Source of the DNA: an uncultured Thermoprotei archaeon
GTDB taxonomy: Archaea > Thermoproteota > Thermoprotei > Thermofilales > B15-G2
Assembly: GCA_965367815.1 (NCBI GenBank)
Contig: CBDUKN010000008.1
Location: forward strand, 32,001-96,000
Reading direction: 5' to 3'
DNA: 64,000 bases
A program made the position numbers and the translations under genes. Below, piece after piece: positions 22,670-33,027 of the stretch (position 1 is its first letter; every line of letters begins with the position of its first letter). Below the pieces are notes generated by a model, which worked only from the letters and a program-made list of their open reading frames with translations, did no database searches and was not told where the DNA came from.

Positions 22670-23530
22670 ATGTCTCTTAAAGCATATGTTAAGTTAACCC
22701 GTCTGGACCACGGCGTACTAAGCGTTATTGGGGTTCTCGCAGGACTCCTAACAAATTGTTCAAGCAATGTATCGGTACTAAAGATCACTATCGCAGTAGT
22801 AGTTCCTCTCTTCATTGAAATGGGGCTTTTTGCGTTAAATGACTATTTTAACATCGAAGAAGACAAAATAAATGCACCCGACAGGCCTCTTGTTCGAGGA
22901 GATATCTCGCCAAAAGCTGCACTTACTCTAGGAATAGCTGCTTTGCTTATAGGCTACACAGCAGCTCTATTAGCTATATTAGAAGGCAGAATGCTTTCTA
23001 TAGTTTTGATAACATTGATCATCATAATAGGAGTACTGTACGACGCAAGAATAAAGACTCTAGGGCTTATCGGCAACCTGATAGTATCATTCTCTACAGC
23101 GTCCACGTTTATTTATGGAGCATTATTAGCCAAAAGTATTGTGGACATAAATATGGCTACTTGGATAATCTTCATTACGGCATTCCTATCGTGCCTTGGA
23201 AGAGAGATACTTAAAGGCGTTAGAGACTACTTGGGAGACAAAAAAGCTGGAGTATTAACTCTTGCAGTAAAGTATGGCACTCAACGAGCAGTGGCAATAT
23301 CGAGTATTTTGATAGTATCCGCAATAGTAGCCGCGTTATCAAATATCATTTATGTGAAAAAACCAGCAGTTTATACAGTTTTATTAATTCCTGCAGTAAT
23401 GCTTTTCGCTGTAGCAATAGCGATATCCTTCAAAAATCCAGATGATGTCAAGCTCGCAGAAAAAGCCAGAAAATATACACTATATGCTATGGGTTTAGGG
23501 CTAATAGCCTTTTTAGCAGGAATGATCTAA
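22670..23530 (+). CDS. UbiA prenyltransferase, probable digeranylgeranylglyceryl phosphate synthase
   Basis: NDYFNIEEDKINAPDRPL and REILKGVRDYLGD motifs; multiple TM helices. Confidence 0.82.
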   Translation: MSLKAYVKLTRLDHGVLSVIGVLAGLLTNCSSNVSVLKITIAVVVPLFIEMGLFALNDYFNIEEDKINAPDRPLVRGDISPKAALTLGIAALLIGYTAALLAILEGRMLSIVLITLIIIIGVLYDARIKTLGLIGNLIVSFSTASTFIYGALLAKSIVDINMATWIIFITAFLSCLGREILKGVRDYLGDKKAGVLTLAVKYGTQRAVAISSILIVSAIVAALSNIIYVKKPAVYTVLLIPAVMLFAVAIAISFKNPDDVKLAEKARKYTLYAMGLGLIAFLAGMI

Positions 23531-23568
23531 ATTAATTTGGGTAAATATCTTAGAAAGTATAGAGAACT

Positions 23569-23976
23569 TCACTTAAGTGGAACATACATGCTTGACCTTG
23601 TTGCTTTAAGTCCAGGCTCTCCGTGTTCTACTTTCTTTGTTGTTAAAGCGAATTCTCCAAGGTAATGGCCGATCATCTCAGGCGTTATTGTGACAGGGAC
23701 AAATTCTTTTCCATTATACACTCCTATAGTGACACCTACCATTTCCGGCAATATGATCATATCCCTTTCGTGTGTTTTTATGAATACTTTCTTCCCTTCT
23801 TTCATTAGCTTCTTTGCCTTTCTTATTTTTTCGAGCAATCTTCGCTTTTCGTAAGACAACCCTCGCAGTAAGCTTCTGCGCTGCCTTGCTGGGAGCAGTT
23901 TAATGAATTCATCCATTGGCATTTTTAATAGTTCTTCGAAGGTATATCCCCTGTATCTAAATTCCTTATAGCTCAT
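23569..23976 (-). CDS. rps19: 30S ribosomal protein S19 (uS19)
   Basis: [18 protein letters not shown]. Confidence 0.97.
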   Translation of the reverse strand: MSYKEFRYRGYTFEELLKMPMDEFIKLLPARQRRSLLRGLSYEKRRLLEKIRKAKKLMKEGKKVFIKTHERDMIILPEMVGVTIGVYNGKEFVPVTITPEMIGHYLGEFALTTKKVEHGEPGLKATRSSMYVPLK

Positions 23977-24049
23977 AGTCTTTCTCCCTATTACACTCTA
24001 TGTTATAAATCTTACTCATTTTAACCAAGCGATACTACGTAACAGCATG

Positions 24050-24772
24050 CTAGCCTTTTCTTCTGCCTGTTCTTCTTGGTGCTATGTGACCCACTTTCTG
24101 ACCTGGAGGCGCTGTACGCGGTACAGGTGTACCTCCTTTGGGGTGTGCTCCTCCGCCGTGTGGATGCGCGTAAGCACCCATGGCTTTTCCTCTAACTGTT
24201 GGATACTTCCATGCCTTAGATCTAGATAAGTGGTACTTTTTGCCAGCCTTGAGGAATGGTTTTTCTACGCGTCCTCCTCCGGCGACCACACCTATTGTGG
24301 CTCTGCACCTAATGTTTATTTCCTTAGTTTTTCCCGAAGGTAACTGTACAAGTGCTTTACTTCCGCTTTTTGCGAGAAGAATAGCATATGTTCCGCTAGA
24401 CCTAGCTATTTTTCCTCCGTCTCCAGGCTTAAGCTCTACGTTACATATCTTAGTACCTTCAGGTATTGAATACAGAGGAAGTATGTTTCCATTTCTAGGC
24501 GCGGCGTTCTCACCATACTCGATTATTTGACCTACATAGAGGCCTTCAACAGCTACAGTAAGCATTTCTGTTTTATCTTCGAAAACTATTTTTACCAATG
24601 GTGCCCCTCTGCCGGGGTCATGAAGTAGCTCAACTACCTTACCTTTAAGCCCTCTTTTTATCTCCTCTTCATTAAATACCCTATATTTGGCTGGTCCTAC
24701 TTTCTTCCATCTAGGAGACCTAAATACAGACCCTCCGCGCCCTCTCCTTTGTACTATTAGTCGTTTACCCAT
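24050..24772 (-). CDS. rpl2: 50S ribosomal protein L2 (uL2)
   Basis: HDPGRGAP, HPHGGG. Confidence 0.98.
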   Translation of the reverse strand: MGKRLIVQRRGRGGSVFRSPRWKKVGPAKYRVFNEEEIKRGLKGKVVELLHDPGRGAPLVKIVFEDKTEMLTVAVEGLYVGQIIEYGENAAPRNGNILPLYSIPEGTKICNVELKPGDGGKIARSSGTYAILLAKSGSKALVQLPSGKTKEINIRCRATIGVVAGGGRVEKPFLKAGKKYHLSRSKAWKYPTVRGKAMGAYAHPHGGGAHPKGGTPVPRTAPPGQKVGHIAPRRTGRRKG

Positions 24773-24783
24773 TTTTCACCACC

Positions 24784-25050
24784 TTACAGTAATCCTAATC
24801 TAGATGCTACTTCCTCAGCCTTATACTCAGGAGCTAGCTTTACATAAGCTTTTTTCTCGCCTTCAGGCGTTATAAGTGTATTGACTTTAACTACCTTTAC
24901 TCCAAATAGCTTCTCTACTGTCTCTCTTATTTGATGCTTAGTAGCTTTGCGATGAACAATAAATACTAAAGTATTCTCTTTTTCAATTTTAGTCAAAGCT
25001 TTTTCAGTCATTAGCGGCCTTATAATTATAGAGTAATAATCAATACCCAT
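24784..25050 (-). CDS. rpl23: 50S ribosomal protein L23 (uL23)
   Basis: PLMTEKA, KKAYVKL. Confidence 0.96.
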   Translation of the reverse strand: MGIDYYSIIIRPLMTEKALTKIEKENTLVFIVHRKATKHQIRETVEKLFGVKVVKVNTLITPEGEKKAYVKLAPEYKAEEVASRLGLL

Positions 25051-25060
25051 AATTATCCCC

Positions 25061-25858
25061 CTACATAGTTTCAAACACTAGCTGCATAATTCTGTCTTCA
25101 TATTTCTTCTCGAGAATTTTAAGAGCAGATTTTGTCCATAATGTAAGTCTACCGGGATGCCCGCCGGGAGCAAGATGCATTGTGCTTAGCTGGTCTACTG
25201 TGACTACGTCTACACCTGGAAGATTTCTCGCAGCTTTAATTATAGGTGCTGGAGACGGTATTACTATGAGCACGCTTTTCGGCTTCTTATAACGCCGCCC
25301 TCTCATTTTACCTTTACCTGCTCTTACTTTTCGGCCTTTTTTAGCTCTTTCAACATCTTCCCACAAGCCTAGCTTCATGAAAAGTTCTCTGACTTCTCTT
25401 GTTTTCTCTAATTTAAGTATGTCGTCTACAACTATAAGTGGAATATGAGGCACTTTATCTACTACATGGCCTCTTTTTGCAACAATATCCTTATTTGCTG
25501 TAGCTGCAATAGCTGAGAGTATAGCCAGTTGTCTTTCCTTTTTGTTTACTTCTTCATGAATTACTTTTTCAACTACTGGTGGGTGAGCTCTTCTTCCTTT
25601 AACGGTCATTGGTGCAAATGCTGCTCTCGAAGACCCCTTAATTCTCGGTACACGAGCTACTCCGTAGCCTACTCCCCAGCTTTCTGCTGTTGTTCTTTTA
25701 CCTGCCATAGGGTCTCTTCCCTGCGGCTGTACTCTAGCAGTAAAAGCTGACAAAAAGTCTCTTCTTATGACATCTATTCTCAGTGGAATATCGAAGATCT
25801 TAGGTCTTTCTATTTCCTCTACAACTTTTCCTTCAAGGTCATATACTGGGATCTTCAC
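25061..25858 (-). CDS. rpl4: 50S ribosomal protein L4 (uL4)
   Basis: [22 protein letters not shown]. Confidence 0.97.
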   Translation of the reverse strand: MKIPVYDLEGKVVEEIERPKIFDIPLRIDVIRRDFLSAFTARVQPQGRDPMAGKRTTAESWGVGYGVARVPRIKGSSRAAFAPMTVKGRRAHPPVVEKVIHEEVNKKERQLAILSAIAATANKDIVAKRGHVVDKVPHIPLIVVDDILKLEKTREVRELFMKLGLWEDVERAKKGRKVRAGKGKMRGRRYKKPKSVLIVIPSPAPIIKAARNLPGVDVVTVDQLSTMHLAPGGHPGRLTLWTKSALKILEKKYEDRIMQLVFETM

Positions 25859-26943
25859 TTAACCTCACCTTTTATAACAGCATTATGAACATACACTATT
25901 TTAGGTGCCTCCTTTACCGGAGGCGGAACTACAGGTCTTATTGGGTATCTAAGCTTTATTAGTCTCTTTACAGGTCCTGGTACAGATCCTTCCATTAATA
26001 TGAAATCGTTTCGTATAACACCATAGTGTTTAAGACCTCCTTTTGGCACAACATTGAACTCCTCTATTTTCTCTTTGGGAACGATCTTAAGTATGCGTTT
26101 GTTATACTCTGTTCTCTGGTGGAAGCCCATTTGTCCGGCTCTCGGTATCATGAACATTACTCCTGGTTTTTGAGGACCTATGCTTCCTGTACGTCTGTGT
26201 CCCTTTCTATGTTTGTGCCACCGCGGCAGTATTTTTACTCCAAATCGCTTGACTACACCTTGTGTACCTTTACCTTTCGTTATGGCTATAACATCTACAA
26301 GCTGTCCCTCCTTGAAAACTTCGGTTACTCTGAGCTCTTTTCCGAGTTTTGAGAGAGCGTATTCTAATGCTTTCTGCGGATCCCCTCCTATGGCTATTTC
26401 AAAAACTTCAGGCTTCTTTTTCCCTATAGTAGTTAACCTTGGCTGAGTACACACAACTAGCCGGACGCTGCTTATTTTTTCTTTAACACTCCCTATTTTC
26501 TTGAGCTGTTTTTCGAAACGCTCTTCTGCTTTCTTTTTCTGTTCGCCATCTTCGCTAGTTTTCTTATCTTTAAGAGAATAGAATACAGCTGCTTTTGTTA
26601 CGGTAAATTTGCGCTTAATGTCCTCTGGAAGCTCTTTTGCCCAGACCTCTCCCAGACACTTGTATCCGTAGGGAGTCTTCTCATAAACTCTTATAGCACA
26701 AACTATGAGCGGAGGGCATTCGATTATAGTAGCGGCTTTAGCCACTTCTTTTCCATAGAAAGGATGATTAGGGTTGTTCTCGATGTATATTAAGTGGGTC
26801 ATGCCTGCCTTATATCCTGCAAATGCGAGAGGTACTGTTTGATCTACTTTAGGCCAGCGTCTGATTCTGGCAACTATACTTTTGGCCCTTACTCTTGGAT
26901 AAACTCCCATTGATCCTCTGCGAGGCCTATGATCTTTAACCAT
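25855..26943 (-). CDS. rpl3: 50S ribosomal protein L3 (uL3)
   Basis: [26 protein letters not shown]. Confidence 0.98.
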   Translation of the reverse strand: MVKDHRPRRGSMGVYPRVRAKSIVARIRRWPKVDQTVPLAFAGYKAGMTHLIYIENNPNHPFYGKEVAKAATIIECPPLIVCAIRVYEKTPYGYKCLGEVWAKELPEDIKRKFTVTKAAVFYSLKDKKTSEDGEQKKKAEERFEKQLKKIGSVKEKISSVRLVVCTQPRLTTIGKKKPEVFEIAIGGDPQKALEYALSKLGKELRVTEVFKEGQLVDVIAITKGKGTQGVVKRFGVKILPRWHKHRKGHRRTGSIGPQKPGVMFMIPRAGQMGFHQRTEYNKRILKIVPKEKIEEFNVVPKGGLKHYGVIRNDFILMEGSVPGPVKRLIKLRYPIRPVVPPPVKEAPKIVYVHNAVIKGEVK

Positions 26944-27000
26944 TTTGATCCCCCAGAGCTGAAGTGAGAGTAGGAAAGGACGGTAATAAATATTTTGCCT

Positions 27001-27840
27001 TTAAATAGCGTTGAGTATCGATAATACTATCAACACAGCCTCTTCAGTTCTCACAGTTTTTGTACCTTGGTAAGGTACAAAATTTACAATTAAATCACAA
27101 ACACTTTCTGGATCTACTCCCTCTTCCTTTAGTATCTCACATATACCTTTATGAGGCCCGCCAAAAATAATTAGAACTTTTCTGGTGCGGCTAAACAGTT
27201 TTGTTTTTAGGTCTTCTTCCACCTCTCCTATCATAACTCCGTAGCGAGAAGTCCCTAAAACAAAGTCAGCATTGCTTATCTTAATTGCATTAAGTAGAGA
27301 CTCCGCCTTAATTACATCATAACCCCAATAGACAGGAACTTCCTCTTTTGAAAGTATACGACAACAGTCAACGTCTACGGTAACTCTTGAAAAAAGAGGC
27401 CTAGCAGGGCTACAAGTAATCGGCTTATCTAAACCAATGTAGACAGTAGACTTATTTTTCACAGGATCGTTTTCGATAACTACACCTTCTCTATACTCGT
27501 GTCCTTTAACAATAATTCTTTCAGACTTTAACGGGTGATGAGGAGTGCGGAGAGGTGGCAATACTCCTGCATACTTCAACTGCTTTATTCTAGGAAATAA
27601 ATACTTTCTTAAATATTGGGGACATTCCATATACTTTAGTATACTGTAAATAATTTCTTGGTAATAGCTGGCTTTTTCACCTTCTTTATAAACATAAATT
27701 TCATCTACCCTAAAAATGGCAGCTGCTCTCCCTACTATTCCTACTTTAGTTGTTTGTTCTCTTAGATCTCTGCATTCACTAATTAAAGAAGATGGAATAG
27801 CAATTGCCCACTCGACTTTACGTTTAGGAGGATGCTGCAT
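27001..27840 (-). CDS. SPOUT RNA methyltransferase (DUF171/SPOUT1-like)
   Basis: GRAAAIFRVD, PQYLRK, QGTKTVRTEEA; usual position before rpl3. Confidence 0.9.
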   Translation of the reverse strand: MQHPPKRKVEWAIAIPSSLISECRDLREQTTKVGIVGRAAAIFRVDEIYVYKEGEKASYYQEIIYSILKYMECPQYLRKYLFPRIKQLKYAGVLPPLRTPHHPLKSERIIVKGHEYREGVVIENDPVKNKSTVYIGLDKPITCSPARPLFSRVTVDVDCCRILSKEEVPVYWGYDVIKAESLLNAIKISNADFVLGTSRYGVMIGEVEEDLKTKLFSRTRKVLIIFGGPHKGICEILKEEGVDPESVCDLIVNFVPYQGTKTVRTEEAVLIVLSILNAI

Positions 27841-27860
27841 TGCTAGTTATTTTATACTAT

Positions 27861-27980
27861 TTATTTCTTTTTCTTCTTTTTCTTTTCTTTTTCTTTACTC
27901 TTCCCCTTCTTTCTTGACTCCTCTTTACCCTCCGATTTTTCTACATCAAAGAATATTGATGTCCTCTGTCTTCCGCCCAT
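27861..27980 (-). CDS. 39-aa lysine-rich small protein, unknown
   Basis: Hand translation MGGRQRTSIFFDVEKSEGKEESRKKGKSKEKEKKKKKKK; fills the gap between two minus-strand genes. Confidence 0.5.
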   Translation of the reverse strand: MGGRQRTSIFFDVEKSEGKEESRKKGKSKEKEKKKKKKK

Positions 27981-28020
27981 ATTCTCGTTTCTTAGTTAAT
28001 CTAGTCCTTAATTAACTTTC

Positions 28021-28233
28021 TTATTCCTTTATCCTCCAGTAAGCTACTTTTCCACGCTTAATTTCCTCAATTAACCCTTCTTTTTCGAGTATTCTTAATA
28101 CATAGAATACTTGTGAATGGGTTAAGCCTGATCTTTTAACTATTTCCGATGTTGGTAATTCTTTTTCGCTTTTAATTAGCTCGTAAATCGTTTTTTTCCT
28201 TTCTTTTACTGCTTCTGTAGTTCTGCGAGGCAT
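28021..28233 (-). CDS. Small winged-helix DNA-binding protein
   Basis: TSEIVKRSGLTHSQVFYVLRILEKEGLI...GKVAYW. Confidence 0.8.
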   Translation of the reverse strand: MPRRTTEAVKERKKTIYELIKSEKELPTSEIVKRSGLTHSQVFYVLRILEKEGLIEEIKRGKVAYWRIKE

Positions 28234-28335
28234 GTTGTATATCACGCGGAGACATAATTTATATTTTATGTTTTCACTTACGCTATATTTTCAGTATTAG
28301 CTAGAGAATTTTAGAAAAGGATTCTTTAAAATATT

Positions 28336-29778
28336 TTAGCTTTTGACTAGTCTTCTGAGTAATGGATATGCCTCTAGAGCTCTTTCTTGAGCTATCATTG
28401 CCTGATACTGGACTAATATGCCTGCTAAAAGCAGTATACCTATGCCAGAACCTATAACGCCTAGAATGTCGCCTATAACGCTTATTATGGCTACTATGAT
28501 CGAACTGAGTACTGTTAGTATAGGTATGTATTTTCGCAGTAGATATGCTATTATTTTAGGTGAATGCCTAAATCCGGGTATCTGCATTCCAGCGCTAACT
28601 AATTGCTCTGCCTGAGACTTGGGATCCATTCCAGTAAGTTCTACCCACAGTATTCCGAAGAGAATACAGAGCCCTATTGTTATTAGTGAATACAGCAGTA
28701 CGTGAATAGGGTCTTCTAACACTGAAGTTAATCCACGTGGCGGAGTTATGTAATATATTAGGCAGCCGGGTAGAGGAACTAGTCTTCCTTCTTTAACTTC
28801 AAATTTAGCTATTAAGTTAAGCCATGTATTGCTATTGTCCCTATTGAATCGAGACCATAGTACTTGTGAAAACATATAGATATCGGTGTACAGTATGCTA
28901 GCAAAGATTAATGGGATTATTGACACATAAAGGAATTTAAGCGGTATTTTAGCTTTAAGGCCCCTGTATTTTGAGAGAGAAACTCCTACTTCGACCTGCA
29001 TGCTTTCCATGTAAATTACTAGTATGAAGAAAACTATCATCGTAGCGAAGCCGACTATGTCTGGCAGCCCTTTTCTTACTAATACAGTCGAGACAACAGA
29101 CCAATTTCCTGTATTTGTAGCATTTAATATGGCAACTGTTAACGCTGGAATTACTCCTAGAGGCAATCCGTCAGCAAAGGGACCTATGGGCGAGAATATT
29201 TGCCAGAATATTTGCTGAGCAATTCCGGCTGCAATGAATAAGTTTACTCCGCTTCCTATACCCCATCCTTTCTGTATCATCTCGTCCATCAGAATAACTG
29301 CAAGGGATGCCATCATTAGTTGGGCAAATATGAGCGCAGCTGATGTAATTGCTAGCACTCCGTAAGCTCCTCCTAGAATGAAAGCTAAAGCCTCTACTGC
29401 GGCAAAGACTATTGCTAAAAGTTTCTGCGCCCCGCTAAAGAACGCTCTATCCTCGGGTTTGCTAAGATCTAGTTCCAGAATCTTGCTTCCAACTAGAAGT
29501 TCCAATATAATACCGCTTGTAACTATAGGTCCTATGCCGAGTTCTGCTAGTGTTCCTTTTCTAGAAGCTAGTATTATTCTGAAAAAGAATAATTCCTCGT
29601 AGCCTCTAGTTCCATAAGGTATTCCGTACAGAGGTACTTCACACATTATTAAGTACACTATCACTACTATGGCTGTCCAGAATAGCTTCTCTCTAAGCGT
29701 AACAGGTCTTCGTGGCCTTGGAACTTCAGGCAGAATACTGAATGCTGACCTAATAACGTCTTTTACAGATACAGACAT
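28336..29778 (-). CDS. secY: Protein translocase SecY
   Basis: LAELGIGPIVT, KGWGIGSG, MQIPGFR. Confidence 0.97.
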   Translation of the reverse strand: MSVSVKDVIRSAFSILPEVPRPRRPVTLREKLFWTAIVVIVYLIMCEVPLYGIPYGTRGYEELFFFRIILASRKGTLAELGIGPIVTSGIILELLVGSKILELDLSKPEDRAFFSGAQKLLAIVFAAVEALAFILGGAYGVLAITSAALIFAQLMMASLAVILMDEMIQKGWGIGSGVNLFIAAGIAQQIFWQIFSPIGPFADGLPLGVIPALTVAILNATNTGNWSVVSTVLVRKGLPDIVGFATMIVFFILVIYMESMQVEVGVSLSKYRGLKAKIPLKFLYVSIIPLIFASILYTDIYMFSQVLWSRFNRDNSNTWLNLIAKFEVKEGRLVPLPGCLIYYITPPRGLTSVLEDPIHVLLYSLITIGLCILFGILWVELTGMDPKSQAEQLVSAGMQIPGFRHSPKIIAYLLRKYIPILTVLSSIIVAIISVIGDILGVIGSGIGILLLAGILVQYQAMIAQERALEAYPLLRRLVKS

Positions 29779-29788
29779 GATATCACCT

Positions 29789-30232
29789 TTAGCTCGCTGT
29801 AATAACTTTGCCTCCAGCTGCTTTAACTTTCTCTATAGCTTTCTCTGACGCCATTCTAACAGATATTACCACAGGTTTGGATATTTTTCCTCCCCCTAGA
29901 AGCTTGTTGTATCCTAATTTTCCTAGGTCTACATAGTACTTGTTTTCTTTCATTTCAGCCAACCCCTTTTCCATGAGTGCATCTAGCATAGAGTCTAAGT
30001 CCTTGAGATTTATTGCCTTAACTTGAGGTTTTATAGCAGGAGGCTGAGTAAATCCATGTTTACCATACCAGTCTGGCGCATATTTGATAACCCATGTCCA
30101 CATGTGTTTATGATATCCTGCGTGTCCTCTTCCTCCTCTGCTTCCACTTTTTCTGTGCTGACCTACTCTCCCCCAACCATGAGTTCTCCATCCTCTGAGA
30201 CTTCTAGATTTTTTCTCCCTTCTGACTACCAT
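29789..30232 (-). CDS. rpl15: 50S ribosomal protein L15 (uL15)
   Basis: GQHRKSGSRGGRG, KLLGGG. Confidence 0.97.
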   Translation of the reverse strand: MVVRREKKSRSLRGWRTHGWGRVGQHRKSGSRGGRGHAGYHKHMWTWVIKYAPDWYGKHGFTQPPAIKPQVKAINLKDLDSMLDALMEKGLAEMKENKYYVDLGKLGYNKLLGGGKISKPVVISVRMASEKAIEKVKAAGGKVITAS

Positions 30233-30277
30233 TAAATCACCACTAGATTAGGTCTGAAAGTAAGGCTTCATCGGTGC

Positions 30278-30350
30278 TATATAGCTTTTTCGTAATGTTC
30301 ACCTTCAGCAGTCAACCTATTTCTCTAAGACATAGCGGAAAATTTATAAA
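30278..30350. promoter_or_regulatory. Divergent promoters for rpl15-secY (minus) and rps5-rpl30 (plus)
   Basis: TATATA 30278-30283 with GAAAAAG BRE on minus; GGAAAA-TTTATAAA 30337-30350 on plus; SD AAGGTGG before rps5. Confidence 0.7.
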
Positions 30351-30400
30351 GCTTAACCATAATGTGCCTTAGCTGAGAGTATTTAAGGAAAGGTGGTATT

Positions 30401-31039
30401 ATGAGTGTACTAGACACATGGGTACCTAAAACAAGAGTAGGGAGACTGGTAAAGGAAGGAAAAATAACTTCAATAGACGAGATATTCGAGAGAAACTGGC
30501 CCATTAAAGAGGTCGAGATAGTTGATATACTCTTACCAGACCTTAAACATGAAGTACTCAACATAAACTTGGTGCAGCGCCAGACGGATAGCCCGCTTTA
30601 AGCGGGCCCGTAAGCTGGCGAAATAAGTAGATTTCAGGCAGTTGTAGCTGTCGGAAACGAGGATGGTTACGTAGGAGTGGGTGTAGGCAAAGCTAAACAA
30701 GTAAGACAGGCAATTGAAAAAGCTATCATAGATGCTAAATTAAACATCATTCCTGTAAGAAGAGGATGCGGAAGCTGGGAATGCTTATGCAATACTCCTC
30801 ACAGCGTGCCCTTTAAAGTCAAAGGAAAATGCGGAAGCGTTGAAATAATTCTAATTCCAGCACCCAAAGGCGTTGGTTTGGTGGCAGGCGAGACTGCAAA
30901 AACAGTACTGCGATTAGCTGGAATTAAGGATGTTTGGACACGAACTCGAGGCGAAACGAGAACAACTATTAACTTCGCTAAAGCCACATACGAAGCCTTA
31001 AAGAAGACATATGCTATAAAGACCCCAGATAGGTGGTAA
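30401..31039 (+). CDS. rps5: 30S ribosomal protein S5 (uS5), intron-containing: join(30401..30589,30614..31039), 204 aa
   Basis: Two ORF fragments (WVPKTRVG...VQRQTD and ...RRGCGSWEC) join in frame to the conserved VQRQTDAGEISRF once a 24-nt insert is removed. Confidence 0.95.
30590..30613 (+). other. 24-nt BHB-type mRNA intron in rps5
   Basis: CGCCAG-ACGG-AT^A-GCCCGC-TTTAA-GCGGGC-CCGT-AA^G-CTGGCG: 6-bp exon helix, 4-bp central helix, two 3-nt bulges, 6-bp intron stem. Confidence 0.92.
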
Positions 31040-31042
31040 ACT

Positions 31043-31513
31043 TTGGGTAAAAGACTAGCTGTTATACGTATAAGGGGAACAGTAGGTGTAAGAAAAGACA
31101 TAGAGTATACACTAAGGTTACTTAGGCTAGTAAGAAAATTTCACGCAGTAGTAATCGACGATAGACCGGACTACCTTGGTATGCTACAGAAGGTAAAAGA
31201 CTATGTTACATGGGGAGAAATAGATGCAGAAACACTAGCCGAACTTTTAAGAAAAAGAGGTCGTCTCGTAGGAAATAGAAGACCTACAGACGAAGATGTC
31301 AAAAAGTTAGGATATAGCAGTATAGAAGAGTTTGCCGAAGCAGTAATAGAGTTTAAAGCAGAACTGAGCGACATACCTGGACTAAAACCTGTATTTAGGC
31401 TACATCCTCCTAAAGGAGGATTTAAGGGAACAATAAAGAGAATGTACGGCGACGGTGGAGAAACAGGGTATAGAGGCAAAGATATTAACGAGCTACTACG
31501 AAGAATGATTTAA
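31043..31513 (+). CDS. rpl30: 50S ribosomal protein L30 (uL30)
   Basis: [29 protein letters not shown]. Confidence 0.97.
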   Translation: MGKRLAVIRIRGTVGVRKDIEYTLRLLRLVRKFHAVVIDDRPDYLGMLQKVKDYVTWGEIDAETLAELLRKRGRLVGNRRPTDEDVKKLGYSSIEEFAEAVIEFKAELSDIPGLKPVFRLHPPKGGFKGTIKRMYGDGGETGYRGKDINELLRRMI

Positions 31514-32127
31514 GAGCTCTTCTTGCTTAATAAACTTTCGTATTTTGAAACAATTTTACTTTTAACCTCTGTAAAGTGACTCACTATATTTTCTGGCCGT
31601 AGTCCTCTTTTCAGATACTGAGAAAACTGTCTTTCATATAAGCTAAGATCTTTCTCCAGCAAGTATTTCGCGTAATCTTCTATGTGTTTCCCTGATATTC
31701 TATCTTCCGATGGAAGTACTTCAGGAGAACATGGAACTTTAAGTCCGGCATCGAGAGCTCCCTTTATTACAGCAAATACTTTAGACCCCTTTGTCGGTCT
31801 ATGTAATCCTATATCGGGTATAGCTTCTTCTATTCCTTTAAGTCTAGCCTTATATCCTATTATCAACCCCGTTAAGTATGCTGCAGCAGTATTTGAGCAG
31901 TCGCCTAGCCAGCCATATTTTTTAGCTAGTACTTTGGAAGATATACCTACTATTGTCTCATCTCCTTCTGGTTTCGCTTTAACTATTTGTGCTATAATGT
32001 ATTTGAGAGTTTTTCTTATAACTAATCTTGGTTTGTCGGAGAGTATCATTTTTCTTCTCTTGTAGTAGTTTGTTAGACCTAGTCTTCTTCTGCGGAAGGG
32101 TACTTTATAGCGCCCGTTTCGCGCCAT
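31510..32127 (-). CDS. rpl18: 50S ribosomal protein L18 (uL18)
   Basis: [20 protein letters not shown]. Confidence 0.97.
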   Translation of the reverse strand: MARNGRYKVPFRRRRLGLTNYYKRRKMILSDKPRLVIRKTLKYIIAQIVKAKPEGDETIVGISSKVLAKKYGWLGDCSNTAAAYLTGLIIGYKARLKGIEEAIPDIGLHRPTKGSKVFAVIKGALDAGLKVPCSPEVLPSEDRISGKHIEDYAKYLLEKDLSLYERQFSQYLKRGLRPENIVSHFTEVKSKIVSKYESLLSKKSS

Positions 32128-32132
32128 AGCTA

Positions 32133-32573
32133 CTACCTCTCAAGCAATTTGTGTTCCTCAATATAAGCTTTTAAGTGAGATAGACTTCTAAAGTATCCTC
32201 CTTTAGCTAGACGATAAAGTCTCCTGTAAGTTCTTGGACTAATTTTTCTTCTAGCTCTAAGTTCCTTTAGGTATCGTCTCATAGCTCTGATTTTAGCGAC
32301 CCATATCTCTTTTTCATCAAATCTAGGTCCTTTTCTCTTTCCTGGTCCTCTTCTCCTGCCTTTTTTCTTCTTTAGGTGCCTGATTCTTGCTCTTACTCTA
32401 GAATTACCTTTTTTAGGCTTGACTCTAATAACTCCTTCTTTAATAAGCTTTTTAACTTCTTCTCTTGTGATTACTGTGACTAGCTCATTATGTTTAGTAG
32501 GGTCAATCCATATTCTTGATACACCTACTCCCAATATTTCTGACGCTAACCTTTTTAGATGATCAACAGACAC
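32133..32573 (-). CDS. rpl19e: 50S ribosomal protein L19e
   Basis: [28 protein letters not shown]. Confidence 0.97.
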   Translation of the reverse strand: MSVDHLKRLASEILGVGVSRIWIDPTKHNELVTVITREEVKKLIKEGVIRVKPKKGNSRVRARIRHLKKKKGRRRGPGKRKGPRFDEKEIWVAKIRAMRRYLKELRARRKISPRTYRRLYRLAKGGYFRSLSHLKAYIEEHKLLER

Positions 32574-32584
32574 TACTCCTCACC

Positions 32585-33022
32585 TCATAACTGAGGATTT
32601 AATATTTTTATATTTCGTTTTTTAGCCTCTTCAATTATTTCCATTCTTTTTCTTTTACCAACAGTAGACGCTATTCTAATAGCTTCTCTATCAGGATCTA
32701 TGTAGTCCAAATCTTTAACGTTATATACAATGACATCCCTGAAGCCCGAAGGATGATATCCTCTAACCCTTTTAGGTCCTCTGTATCCGATTTTTACTCT
32801 CGGCGGATAACCTTTAACTTGTAATCGTATTTTGTTGTCTAAGCCTTTAGGTCTCCTCCAAGAGTCTCCTATACGCTTAAATCTCCATGCATCCATACGC
32901 ATGAATCGAGGTAGTTTATTCTTGAGCTGCCTGCGGATAATTAGCATTTTCTTTTCTAACGGTGTAAGCTTAGGTTTCACCTTTACTAACTCCTCAACGT
33001 TTTCACTCATTTTCTCCACCAC
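32585..33022 (-). CDS. rpl32e: 50S ribosomal protein L32e
   Basis: WRRPKGLDNK, GYHPSG. Confidence 0.96.
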   Translation of the reverse strand: MVEKMSENVEELVKVKPKLTPLEKKMLIIRRQLKNKLPRFMRMDAWRFKRIGDSWRRPKGLDNKIRLQVKGYPPRVKIGYRGPKRVRGYHPSGFRDVIVYNVKDLDYIDPDREAIRIASTVGKRKRMEIIEEAKKRNIKILNPQL

Positions 33023-33027
33023 CTATA

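Noticed and set aside
26500-26620. Charged insertion in uL3 as a hidden in-frame intron
   Set aside because: AT-rich with no stem or BHB geometry; lies in a variable surface region of the protein.
30401-31039. rps5 as a pseudogene, stop read-through, or two separate genes
   Set aside because: uS5 is essential. Two stops lie inside an extra 8-codon insert absent from the conserved motif, and a perfect BHB predicts the exact restoring cut sites.
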